Positions 1 to 12,926 of a stretch of 64,000 bases of DNA are shown piece after piece (positions within the stretch are counted from its first letter, which is position 1; each line of letters opens with the position of its first letter). The notes beneath the pieces were generated by a model, which ran no database searches, had not been told where the DNA came from, and saw only the letters and a program-made list of their open reading frames with translations. The DNA comes from Antedon mediterranea. Taxonomy: Eukaryota; Animalia; Echinodermata. The position numbers and the translations under genes were made by a program. The DNA is taken from NCBI RefSeq assembly GCF_964355755.1, contig NC_092679.1:22675432-22739431 (forward strand), given 5' to 3'.

Positions 1-1194
1 GTCCTCCTCTACAAAAGAAATGCGAAAACTCGACACGTCATAGAATTTTAAGATTGTGAATTTATATTTTTTTGTAGAGTAAGTATTACTCTATACTATA
101 GGGTATTTTTTGAAAAAAAGTTCTATTGTTAAAACAAGAAATATTTGGTACAAAAAACACCGCTCGACTTTTTGACGTAACAGTTAAAAAAATACATTTT
201 GTTGCAAAAATACAATTGTGTTTGTCGCCCTCTATTAGGACAAAGCAGACAAGTTTATGAGTCATATCGTGGGCAAATTTGTAAGTAATTTTACATATTT
301 CGTGATTAATTTTTAGAGTACCCCGATAACATGAATATTTTTTTATCCAATGATCTGTTTATTTTATTCTAATAGGTTTTATCGAGTGCTTTTTTAGAAC
401 TTTTAAAGTCCTTTGTTACAGTGTATTTTAATCGGAAATCAATACGGAAGCAGTAGCCTTGTCAGGCGCATCCGGTCCCTCTTGATTGGGTGTCAAAGTC
501 GAATGGTTGAGGCGAGCAAAGAGAGCGAATGCCCTACACTTGCCTACGCCATAGGCCTAGCTTTTAAAGTTATATGATAATACGCATATTTTTATTTTGT
601 ATAGATCCCAATTTTTCCTGAACAAAAGGAAATGCCAAATCCCCTTTTCTGCTTGAAAAAATAATTTTTTTCTTGTACAGTAGGTACGCTAGATCGAGAG
701 TAGGAGCCAGTTGGGCCAGGGCCTAGCGCTAGGCCTATATTTAATTAAGGCAGAAGGTAGGCCTAGCCTAGAGAGAGAGAGAGAGAAGGGGCTCTCTGAC
801 TCTGTCTGTATGCTACTACTACTTCTAGTACTAGGCTAGGCCCATAGGCTATGTTATGGTCTATTCTAGCTAGTAGTAGCCCCGAGACTATTAGTAGGCC
901 CTTCCCTCTCCCATCCTGTAATGTACTATCAATTGATTTTATTTATCTTTTTTTTCATATTTTTTTGGGAACAATACATCTTCTCTAATACGGTGTGGAC
1001 AGATTGTGGATAGAAAACCCATAGTGCAACAGAAAATAAAAATAAAACTTTTTAAACAACTTCGCCAATATTTGTTTTTTTACTAGGTTGTAGAAAATAA
1101 CATTGTCACCAAACTACAGTACGAAAAGTAGTGCTTCACGTAAACCTAACTTGTGTTTGCGAGAGTTCGCTCACGCATTTTGGTTGTTATATTT

Positions 1195-4100
1195 ATGAGC
1201 GATTCCGAAGATAACTCTACAGAACGAACGCGCCTGATGAGTTCATCAGTAGTTATGAACAACGAAGGGACTGATGGTGTCGTTATACCACCAAGCGGTA
1301 CAAGCGGTACAAGTAGGACCGTCCCATCACCACAGGTAAATTAATTTCATATTTTGGCCATATGGTTTATCGCAAATAGCGTTTGGAATTGGGATCAATA
1401 GCGCAACCACCACTATATAAAATTTTTACTGGTGGCGCTATATTCTCCCAATTCCTTTCCATCATGCATCACTCATGCTATTTACGACGATTGTTTCTTA
1501 TAATAGTTTGGGGGTTTTTTTTAGGGTGGAGTCTCTCTTTTATTATAATTTGGGTCGCCTCAATCTTTCTGGAAATTACAAGTAATGTATGCGACATTTA
1601 TATAGCGCTATTTCATAAAGATCAGAGCGCTGTGGACTTAGATGTTACACCCTTTCAACAACATTATTCTCCCCTAAGGGTCACATCGTGTCATCGGCAG
1701 CCAACTACGGTGCCATTACGTCTGTCCGCGACAGTGTGTGTGTGTGTGAACTAGTACACCGGGGTAACCCCCCACTCGTCTCGAAATATGTACTAGGTTT
1801 TTTAAAGTGCACACGAGCAATATGCATACACTGGACCTACGGTTTATAGTCCTTATCCGAGAAGACTTATTCTACCACCAGAACCATGGAGCGAGTGAGC
1901 CTCGAACCCTTTCCAATGTTATGGCTATGGATTACAGTTCCATTGTCTTAACCGCTCGGCCACTCACAAGTGTTTTGGACTTAAACAAATAAATACTTTT
2001 GTAATTTGTAATAAAAAATGCCTTATAATTAAAATACTACACCGTTAATACCTGTAAAGTAACTGTTCACTGTTACAGTACAGTATTTTTATGTTTTTAT
2101 TATGTTAACAATTCCTTTAATTTAAAGTGTACAGTACTAACTTTTTAATTCCACTTTCTATCAATGATGTACTTTTGTTGTATTGTTTACCATATAGAAA
2201 ATTAATTTAAATGTTGATTTCATTACTGTGCAATCCCTTTAATTTAATTACTGTGCAATCCCTTCAATTTCATTACTGTGCAATCCCTTCAATTTCATTA
2301 CTGTATAGTTCCTTTTATTTCATTACTGTATAGTCCCTTTAATTTCATTACCACACACTGTATGGCGTCCCTGTACATTGTATACTACTGTGTAGCCCCT
2401 TTAATTTCTTTACTGTACAGTCCCTTTAATGCATTAACAAAGCAATCCCTTTAATTTGATTAATACCATGCATTCACTTTCATTCCATTATTGTGAAACC
2501 CCTTTATATTTTCATTACGGTATTATAGTCCCTTTAATTGCATTACTGTGCAGTCCCTTAATACATTAACTAAGCAGTCCCTTTAATTCCATTACTGTGC
2601 AGGCCCTTAATGCATTAACTAAGCAGTCCCTTTAATTTCATCGTTATAGTCCTTTTAATTTCATTACTGTGCAGTCTCTTTAATCTCGTTACTGTGCAGT
2701 CCTTTAATTCTTCCATTACTGTGCAGTCCCTTTAATTCTTCTATTACTGTGTGTAGTCCCTTTAATTCTTCCATTACTGTGCAGCCCCTTTAATTCTTCT
2801 ATAGTATTACTGTGCACAGTCCCTTTAATTTCATTACTGTGCAGTCCCTTTAATTTCATTACTGTGCAGTCCCTTTAATTTCATTACTGTATAGTCCCTT
2901 TAATTTCATTACTTTATAGTCCCTTTAATGTCGTTACTGTGCAGTCCCTTTAATTCTAGTATTACTGTGCAGTTCCTTTAATTCTTCTATAGTATTACTG
3001 TACAGTTACCTTTAATTTCATTACTGTGCAGTCCCTTTAATTTCATTACTGTGCAGTCCCTTTAATTTCATTACTGTGCAGTCCCTTTAATGTCGTTACT
3101 GTGCAGTTCCTTTAATTCTTCTATAGTATTACTGTACAGTTACCTTTAATTTCATCACTGTGCAGTTCCCTTTAATTTTTTATTTTCCAGTTCCCTTTAA
3201 TTTCAGTGTAGTATCTTTTAATTGAATGTCTGTACATTTCTTCATCGTCTGTCCCGTTGAATAGAGTACAGTACCTTTAATTTTAAAGGTCATAGACACA
3301 AACTTTACATAATTATTGATTATTACTCCTGCCGTGTCTTACAATTTCTGTTTTGCATTAATATGTCACATATTAATTTCTCCTCTCTTTTGGAATTTAT
3401 AATAATCTGGCTTCAAGATGTCATTGGCTATTCAAACGTTGGATTGTCTAATTCTATGCAACCAGCTTTTTTTACTCTCACCGTATATCTTTGTCACGCT
3501 TCATTGGTTTCATTTGATAAGAGCACTTTATAATTAGTAATAGTGAATTTGATAGTCTATTAGGCGGTTGACTAGGACACATGTAAGAATGTCCGATGAA
3601 TCTGATTCGGGGGAACATACTGTACTCTTATTGAACCATTCCAATCAAGAAGTACATTTTACGAGTAATGGACACAGTCGGAGGCTGGTAAGTGTGGCAT
3701 ATAATCAGCCATGCAACTGGTTGTCTAGTAGGTCTAGGAATAGTATTAACTACATTCACTTTGAGTGCCTTTTCTGTATAATAAGATACTGGCTTTCCAT
3801 GCTGCCTATTCTATGTACTGTATACATGCTTATTTTTCTGTATAGGCCTGGGAGGGACTTGCATGATTCTCAGGAAATTTGTCTATTCATTTATTTTGTC
3901 CACAATGTATGCTTCAGTACCATTTAGTACTCTATACTTTTACTTAGTATAGTTTAATCATATTCCTCATCCACATTGCTGTTTTTTGGTGTTTTGTCTA
4001 CAATTCTGGTGGATCATAATTTGTATTTATTATTTTATATTTTTATTATTGTACTTGTTGTATTAATTATTATTATGTGATTAGAATTAAAAGGTTATTA

Positions 4101-7100
4101 CATTATCATAGATGAACTATTGTCTTAATTATGGTAATTAGCACTTCCTTTCATTGTTAAACACATTATACAATATCTAATGTGAAACTAAAAATGACAT
4201 ATTATAATACTATCTACAGATAATGTGAAATTGACATGTTAAAGGAATTAACTGTATTAATATAATTATTATAACTATGTACAGTTATTTCCTTTAGAGT
4301 CTATTAAATGCATGCACAGTACCAGCATTTGTTTAAAACTCACTGCCTACCATGGTTAAAAGGCACTAATGGAACACACACAATTTATGAAAAACATATG
4401 ATATATAAATATAATACAACCATTTATCGAAAATATACTTATTGTGATAAAATCATTAACTTTATTATCTTTATGCCTTATTTATTACATAAGCTTAGTG
4501 ATATTAATATATACATTGTTTATTATACCTACTGTAGGCATCTTTTGTGTGAATATATCTCACAGTATATCACTGTAGGATTTGATACCTCAAGTTGGGA
4601 GAACACTGGTAGTGGTAGAAGATTAAAGTTATAATATGATTATTAATGAATGCAATTTTATATTTAATAATTCAATGACATTGCATGTAAAATTAACTTT
4701 CAAATAATCACATTATTTCTAGATACCACATACATTTTTCACACCCGGTCCTGCCTAGGCTCCAGTCCAGGTCCGCGTCAGACAGCGCATACAACATCAG
4801 CTACTTTTCGTTTCCATGATGCACCACACGACTATGTGCACATCGAATAAAAAGATTGTTGCATAGCTGAAAAGAAAACATGTTATTTTCTTTTCACGAG
4901 CATGACCAGTGTGAAAAACGCTATGGTTTTTTTTTCTCATTACAAAATCATTTTACGTTTTAATTTTTAGAGTAATCCAGAAGGCAATGAGGCACCACCA
5001 GCGGCTTCGAATCGTCAAAATCAAGATGAGGAAGAGGATGATGAGATGTTGCTGAAGTACGGTGCCAAACATGTCATCATGCTGTTTGCTCCAGTCTCGC
5101 TGTGCATGTTGGTTGTCGTGGTAACCATTACAACGGTTGAATTTTACTCGGATAGCGGAGGACAATACCTGTAAGTTGGACGCAACACAATGAAACAAGC
5201 GCAAATTCTTACCTTTAAGTTAATTAGGAGTTGACGAATGACAAGCGACAATTTGAATAATCCATCGCTTGTGATTGGTCAAATTACTTGAGTTGCACTC
5301 ATAGTGTGAACCAAGCTCTAGTTACCATCATTGATTTCTTATACTGAAATGAAACACTGTATAAATGTAGATTCTATCCATCTGATACCATGATAAGACA
5401 AACATGTGCGTTCTACCACAGGTGAAAATGACGTCGCTTTTGTTTGCACAGATGTCAACTTCTTATTTGTATGTGGTGTCAATCATTGTTTGTAATCAAT
5501 GTATGTGAAAATAAAATTAACAATTACGTATCCATGTACAGTTTAACATTATAAATGAGGGATGGGACAATTTAAATTTATGATATAATAGAAGCCTTCT
5601 TTGGAATTACGGTTAAATGGACACCCCTGTTAGTATATAATATGAATGTAGGGCATGTTTTAGCATCAAAACCTATTTAAGTGACACACCTATTAAGGGG
5701 ACACTTTTTTGGGTCCTGGAGGTGAAAATTGGTTGAAAATGAAATTTATATTTATACTGGGTAACCTCTTCAGTTAAAGACTGGTCTCCCAGAGGGCCCA
5801 GTTGGTGATCAGTGGCTGTGATGTACTAATACACCGGGGTAACCCCCTACTCGTCTCGAAAGATGTACTAGGTTCTTTAAAGTGCACACGAGCTAGATGT
5901 GTACACTGGACCTACGGTTTATAGTCCTTATCCGAGAAGACTCGTTCTACCACCTGGAGTGAGTGAGCCTCGAACCCCTGCCGATGTTATGGCTACGTAA
6001 TTACGGTTCCACTGTCTTAACCGCTCGGCCACTCACTCACTCGGCCACTCACTACCATACAGTATTTACTGTTAATGGCTACACAATTATATTGAAAATA
6101 CATCATTAATGATTATTTATAATGGTATATAATTAATAGAGTAATTTATTTTTTTTTTCATTTTTTGTAGGGTGTATACTCCTTTCCACGAGGACGAGGG
6201 CGGTGCTGGCACAAAGGCTTGGAACGCGGTGGCCAATGCGTTGATTGTAGTTGGAGTGGTTCTGGTCATGACTGTGTTTCTTGTTGCCCTTTATAAATAC
6301 AGATGTTACAAGGTACAGTAACTCTATTATTGAATTATAAAACATAATTTGTATACTTTCAGTTTTTCATCAGAAATACACCATACTGTAAAGCCTTGTC
6401 TACACTTACATTTATGCTTTAAAAAAATGTGATGTGCCCATATATGGACACTATGATGTCATATCACTACCATATTTAAGCATAGCACTACCATATATGG
6501 GCACATCACAGTTTTTTGACACATAAAGTTTGGTTGGAGAGACACACCTTACCGGTGACAGCGTTTTGTTTTAAATGCTTTTGTCTTTCCTCGGCTTCGT
6601 GTCTTGTATTTCATATATATATATATTTCTATGTTTTTTTTTGGTTTTTTTTGTAATTATTATTTTATTTTTTTTTTATGTTTATTGCCGAAATGAATAA
6701 AATAAAATAAAATAAATAAATAATAAAATAGTGTAGACAAGGCTTACTGTAAGATCAAAACGTAGTAACAATAGGGTTATTTTTGTATTTGATAAGTGTG
6801 TCTCTTGAATAGGTTTGTTCCAAAAGAGTGATTCTACCGTATGATAAATAGGGTTGACATTCCAATATACAAAGCATCAAACTTGTTCATCCAGTAACAG
6901 GTTTTTTTCATTCATTTGCGCTTTTTCTTAATTTTCAATATTTTTTTTTTTTGTATAGCTTAAGATCTGTACTCTGCATAGCACAGATTCTGAAATATGC
7001 ATCATTTATGTAGGTATATGTGGTGTGTGTGAAAATAAATGAATTTGAGACCATATTAAAAATACAATTGTTTTATTTCAGGTGATACATGGATGGTTAA

Positions 7101-10100
7101 TCACTGCTTCACTTTTGTTCCTTTTTCTGTTTTCTTATATTTATTTAACGTAAGTAAAAAAAATAATAAATGCCATTGAAATATACACTAAATGAATACG
7201 TTATTGCAGTAAAAAGTGTAGTTACTGCAGTACCATAATATTGGCATGATGCCTAAGTCAAAGAGATTTTATGGAGACATCAGGTTGTACCAAACAAATG
7301 TGGTTGTTTTTAGGCCTGTTATCTAGTTTTAAATTTTTTAATTTCAGAGAAGTGTTGTTAACATACAACGTGCCCATGGACTATATAACAACAGTGATTA
7401 TCATGTGGAACTTTGGTGTAGCTGGTATGTTTTGTATTCATTGGAAAGGGCCGTTGCTGTTACAGCAGGCTTATCTCATCATCATCTCAGCCCTCATGGC
7501 TCTTGTGTTTATTAAATATTTACCAGAGTGGACGCTGTGGACTATCCTAGCCGCTATTGCAATATATGGTAAGTATATTTTATTTGAACACATCAACTTT
7601 GTTGTCAAACTAGTTTGATTGTGTAGACAGAGCTTAAGTTTATCAATTTTCTTTACAGATCTTGCTGCTGTTCTCTGTCCCAGAGGACCATTGAAGATCC
7701 TAGTAGAAACAGCTCAAGAAAGGGATGAACCTATATTCCCAGCTCTTATTTATTCTTGTAAGTTAAACAAACTACAAATACAAATGAAGGAAAAAACCTG
7801 AATTTTACAAAAGATGCTTATGCTATTTTTTTATTACCTGTTTTGTTTAAGCTGGGTTCACACGCACGCACTAGGGTTAAGCATGCATAGAATGGAGTAA
7901 ACTGGTTAAAATCTTATCCGAGTTACTAATACTTTTATCTTTGTGTTGTTAACTGTGACCCAGGTCCTAGACTAAATAAGACGTGCTCTCATCTCAGGAT
8001 GGTATTCATTAATTTAATTGAGCTTATTTGACAGGTGAATGGCCAATGTATGTTAGTTAGATGACCTCGATTTGTTTACTCCACTGCTGACCTGTTCTAT
8101 TCAATTCACTGATTCGTAAATTATTAAATCTTATTTCTATTGTTAGCTACAATGATCTGGTTGGTCGGAATGGCTGATGTTGACCCAGCCGATAAGAAAA
8201 ATAAGAGTACGGCCAACAGTACAGAAAATATCAACAGTGCTGCAGAAGGTAGGCTTAACTATTTACATTTTTTTATAATTTCTCGTTATCGAGTAGTAGA
8301 TGTGGACTGTAGTGGGATAGGATTCATTTACTAATACTAATAGTAAACCATGTGACCTGTCAGACAGGTCATAGGTCAAGAGTCAGCTATGATTTGAACA
8401 TTAACCATATTTTTGTTCTAATACTTAATTATAAAATATTATTTAAACAACCTTTTACTGTACTGCACACATCCACTGTAGAGACATTTGCCTTATTTTG
8501 ACCAAAAGGCATTAAACACATCAGATAGTCTCATGTTCTAGATAGTGATTTGGCTTTAAATTTATCAAGAAAGATTTTTTGCACACATGGCGTGTCATAC
8601 TTTTAATTGGACTGGAATTAAAGATTATCAAAACTTCCATTGGTGGCGCTACATGAAAAAAAATCTACTGATGATATAAGTTCTGAAAGCAACTGACCTC
8701 TGTATGCACTGAACGCACTGGACTGAACGCAGTGAATGCACTGGACTGAACGCAGTGAATGCACTGGACTGAATGCAGTGAATGCACTGGACTGAACGCA
8801 GTGAATGCACTGGACTGAACGCAGTGAATGCACTGGACTGAACGCAGTGAATGCACTGGACTGAACGCAGTGAATGCACTGGACTGAATGCAGTGAATGC
8901 ACTGGACTGAACGCAGTGAACGCACTGGACTGAACGCAGTGAACGCACTGGACTGAACGCAGTGAACGCACTGGACTGAACGCAGTGAACGCACTGGACT
9001 GAACGCAGTGAACGCACTGGACTGAACGCAGTGAACGCACTGGACTGAACGCAGTGAACGCACTGGACTGAACGCAGTGAACGCACTGGACTGAACGCAG
9101 TGAACGCACTGGACTGAACGCAGTGAACGCACTGGACTGAACGCAGTGAACGCACTGGACTGAACGCAGTGAACGCACTGGACTGAACGCAGTGAACGCA
9201 CTGGACTGAACGCAGTGAACGCACTGGACTGAACGCAGTGAACGCACTGGACTGCTCAAAGAGTATAGTACTTGTCATGTGCTTAGTTCATTTAAACTGC
9301 GCTCCATGGAGGGATCATTATATTATAAATGCTACAGTATTTATTTACTTATGCGTTGCTATGACAATTTCAGTCACTTTCCAAATAATTTTAACATGTT
9401 ACAATCAACTAAAAGATCAAAGTTCATGGAACTTTTTATAAAATTTACTTATCGATCTATTTCTTATGTTGCTTTTCTACTTTCTCCTCAGATAAAGGTA
9501 ATAGTTTTATATTTATTCTGAATGTTTTGTGATGTTTTAAACTGAAGCTCGGCAAAACAATTAATATTTTAAAAAAATAAATGACAAGCTTGCGCACCAT
9601 GCATTATGAAAGTCAGCATAACAAAAAAATCTGTGTCTGAATTACTTCAGCACTGTACACTGAAACGGTACATAGTCATTTTACACTAATACGGCTAAGT
9701 ATTGCCTTTTAAGTTCGAGAGCCGCATAATGTAAAAAATAAATTTCAAAAAATTGCATAGCATATAGAAATGTTGTGCCATTTTTTTTTTAAATTTAATT
9801 TCTTTAGCTTTACTAAAAAATGTTCAGTTTTAATTTAAAAAAATTGCATTTTCGTAAGTTTCAAAATACTGCAATTTTGTATTAGATTTAATATGCTTGC
9901 TGTGTCGTACCTGTTGTATACCTACCTGTTATTTGAACGCTGTGTTTCTAATTTTAACATTAACATTGATAACATAGATAATAATACTTGTAGTTAAAGT
10001 TCTGTGTTCCTTGTTTATTTCTTTTGTTATTTTGTTATTTACACAGCTATGTTTAGGAAATGCATGTCAAATGTAGTATAGTTGATTGACCTTGTCATGA

Positions 10101-12434
10101 ACTCCTTTTACGTATGTTTCCGAGCGGTTGAAAATACTTTAGGAACTCCCTTGTGACATAAGAGTAAACACACAAAATCCACAAAGTTGTAAATTAACTC
10201 AAAAACAAAGCTTTAATTTCAATCAACTTCAACTTTCAACAATCCAGTAAGCACTTTAAACAACAGCTTCACAATAACCTTTACAATAATAATAATATCC
10301 AACCTCTAATCCAACCTCTAATCCAACAACCTTCTTCAAAATAAATGCTTCAATAAAAAATCCTTCTCCCTCTTACAATTGTCATACTTCCCCTTATATA
10401 CAATATGTTCATAACCTTCTAGAACATTCCTTATACTGTACTTCTTCTTATTCTATTGATTACAGTTTCTATTAATAGCACTTCTGAAATGTTCTTGATT
10501 GTTCTTATTAATTATACATGGTTTCTTAAATCAAAACATCTCTAGAATGTTCATGTAAATACTATGTTACTCTATATGTTAGGGAATGGTAATTTATTAC
10601 AGACCTTCCAAAATAAGTGTGATATGTGTGTATGTGAAAATGTTATACTTTTCAGTAAGGTGATGTCTCCAATTCTTGGGAAAAGTGTACTAAATTACTG
10701 TTGTGTATTGTATTTTTATACCAACATATCCATTGCAGAAAATTATAATGAAGAAAATATTTTTTTATACAGTGTATATATTTATTCAAATGGGGAATAT
10801 ATTAATGTATAAATTGCAGCAGGAGCATTTAAAAAAAAGAAATGAAATATCATTACTTATAGATTATACTAAAATCAGTAAATTGTATCAAAATGAAGAA
10901 TACATTCTAAACCACCTAGTGATGTACTTTTACCAATTAATTAATTTTGAAATGATAAAGATGAGGAAATTTGTGAGAATGATAATGAATAATATATTGA
11001 GAATTTTATTAAAATTATTTAGATCAATATTTTTTTCAATATATCATGACTGAAAATCATCGTCACAAATTTGCTTTGAAACAGATGTTAACCTTATTGG
11101 TAACATGGAAGAAACAAATGGGGATGGTGAGGATGCCGGGTTTGACGAGGAATGGACTAACAGACAACAGACCGATCTTGTCGCCAGTAATTCTAGTACA
11201 ACTTCAGAGGATGCTCGTGCAGCAGTTAGTGCCCTCAGACAAACGTCAGAACAAGGACAGCAAACGACAAACCAAACGCCTGAAGATGACGAAGAGAGTG
11301 AGTATAATTGTAAAGCAATCCTGAAAAATTGTCTGCATGACTACACAATAGTCACCCATGAGTGAAGTGGGTACCTTACTATTTATAAGATCAAATATAT
11401 GCATTAATATACAAATACTGAACAAATTGTTTGAACGGCATAATTCAAAAACGTAGTAGGGCAAACATCCTCAAAATGTACATTAGAGCGTGTTAATTAT
11501 CACCAATAGATATCACTTTTCCGTTAGGTAGGGATAATACTAAATGACACATGATGCGTATTAACCAATCAAATTGCATGTGCTATAATATTGTATACTA
11601 TAATTCTATGTTCATTTATATAGGAGGAGTTAAGCTGGGCTTGGGAGATTTCATCTTTTACAGCGTTTTAGTCGGCAAAGCCTCCGTTACAGGTGACTGG
11701 ACCACGACAATTGCATGCTTTGTTGCAATTCTTATTGTAAGTATACAATTTGTTTATATTACGCAATTTTAAATGAAAGAATTAAAAGCACTGATTATGT
11801 GAATTACTAAAACAATTTATATCAGGAATTTAGCATAGCTACTAGGTTTTTAAGTTTGTTTTCTACTAGGCGAATTTAATGTTTTTGCAGAGAAAAGATA
11901 ATGCTACCCTTTTATTTTGTTTGTACTACAAAAGCAAACAGCTACCATTTTCATTTAGTCGATCAATTGTTTTCTAAACTGTTCGATTCGAATGAGTGCA
12001 CATGAGTTTCTCTTACCTCATTTTCCTAGGTCTGATTGGTTGTTTTGAAAAAAAATTGAAAACTGCTCAAAATCACTTCTTTAGTTCTTACAATTCTTAT
12101 TGTTATTCTTAAGTTCTCACTTGTTCTTTCTTATTAACATTATTCACAACATTACCTTAAACACTTCTGTGTCAATAAAGTTGGAAAAGCTCTCAAAAAA
12201 ATCTGTAAAATCAGCAGCTGATATAAATGTTCAAAATGTATTATTGTTGTATTGTTAATGTTATATTATATTTTGCAGGGGTTATGCCTGACTCTAATCT
12301 TGCTAGCCATATTCAAGAAGGCTCTACCTGCACTACCTATATCCATCACGTTTGGCCTCATTTTTTACTTTTCAACGAGTTACATAGTCTTTCCCTTTAC
12401 AGATAGTTTAGCATCAGAACAGGTGTTCATATAG
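1195..12434 (+). CDS. PSEN: Presenilin (gamma-secretase catalytic GxGD aspartyl protease), 10 coding exons, ~484 aa
   Basis: Exons with GT-AG ends and continuous frame: 1195-1335, 4971-5170, 6171-6312, 7082-7149, 7348-7568, 7659-7757, 8147-8248, 11085-11297, 11624-11736, 12279-12434 (sum 1455 nt). Motifs: [40 protein letters not shown], catalytic YD split across exons 5/6, [30 protein letters not shown]. Exon sizes 142/68/221/99/156 match those I recall for vertebrate PSEN1. Confidence 0.97.
1595..1967 (-). mobile_element. tRNA-derived SINE with Nin/Deu-like central domain (copy 1)
   Basis: Minus strand reads box A TGGCCGAGCGG, box B GGTTCGAGGC, then GGATAAGGACTATAAACCGTAGGTCC...GCACTTTAAA.AACCTAGTAC...GGGGTTACCCCGGTGT, (CA)n and a tail ending AGCGCTATATAAAT. 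Homologous copies at 5746-6053, 14134-14290 and 34720-34905. Confidence 0.8.
2220..3210. repeat. ~25-bp minisatellite (CATTACTGTGCAGTCCCTTTAATTT)n in presenilin intron 1
   Basis: Directly visible tandem units with 25-32 bp variants; most homogeneous at 2820-3090, degenerate at the edges. Confidence 0.95.
5746..6053 (-). mobile_element. Nin/Deu-type tRNA-SINE (copy 2)
   Basis: 5830-6035 is clearly homologous to 1755-1967; the 3' tail differs (…CTGGGAGACCAGTCTTTAACTGAAGAGGTTACCCAGTATAAATATAAAT). Confidence 0.8.
6391..6745 (+). mobile_element. Harbinger-type MITE family A copy whose right TIR is split by a ~195-bp retroposon 3' fragment
   Basis: Left TIR AGCCTTGTCTACAC; internal 21-bp units; right TIR AAAGTTTG / ATAGTGTAGACAAGGCT interrupted by 6533-6727, which ends in (AATAA)n. 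Confidence 0.7.
8706..9255. repeat. 23-bp minisatellite (GAACGCACTGGACTGAACGCAGT) x ~24 in presenilin intron 7
   Basis: Directly visible; explains the three repetitive minus-strand ORFs at 8618-9278. Confidence 0.97.
10152..10571 (-). mobile_element. Probable solo LTR (Gypsy/BEL-like), antisense in presenilin intron 7
   Basis: Ends TGTGACA...TGTTAC(T). On the minus strand, heat-shock-element-like GAAnnTTC motifs precede TATATAAG (10393-10400), followed by ATTAAA and terminal TGTCACA. No clean TSD found. Confidence 0.4.
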
Positions 12435-12566
12435 CATTTTGACCAAACTTTATACTCAACTGTTTTTCTACTGCTATACAGGCTATGGTTATTTTCAGAA
12501 CAAAAATTAGATAAATCCGAGCTTTCCTTTAAAATAGTAAGTAAGCTTAGCCATTTTATATTATAC

Positions 12567-12926
12567 AAATGATGAATGTTTATGAGTGCGATATTACAAA
12601 CAATTTCATGAGTCAAATGAAATTATTTTCATCGAATACAAACATTTATTATTTGTTTTATATAACATCTAAGTAGATTCTTGCCATTGTTCTGATCTTG
12701 TTGTTACGCAAAGATCTGTCATGCACATCGCTTCTTCCGTTTCTATTTGGATTTAAGCAGATTTTTTTCCGTTTGCAAAAAAAATAAAGAAAAAAGTTCT
12801 ATTACCTGATCGTTAAATAGTACATACTATGGCACACCATCAGACCCACAATACATACTATGGCACACCATCAGACCCACAATCATTTAATCAAATGACA
12901 GGAATTTATTTAGGTGTATATAAATA
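12567..12926 (+). mobile_element. Internally deleted copy of the palindromic non-autonomous element at 29728-30037, in the presenilin 3' UTR/flank
   Basis: Shares ATGAATGTTTATGAGTGC, CGAATACAAACATT.ATTATTTGTTTTATATAACATCTA, GATCGTT.AATAGT and AATCAAATGACAGGAATTTAT.TAGGTGT with 29728-30037; includes a 31-bp tandem duplication at 12821-12882. Confidence 0.7.

Noticed and set aside
1-545. Possible upstream gene or transposon end; 131-190 resembles 32561-32618
   Set aside because: Likely a repeat fragment, but its boundaries and class cannot be defined from this window.
8618-9278. Three 178-213 aa repetitive ORFs on the minus strand
   Set aside because: By-product of the stop-free 23-bp minisatellite within a presenilin intron.
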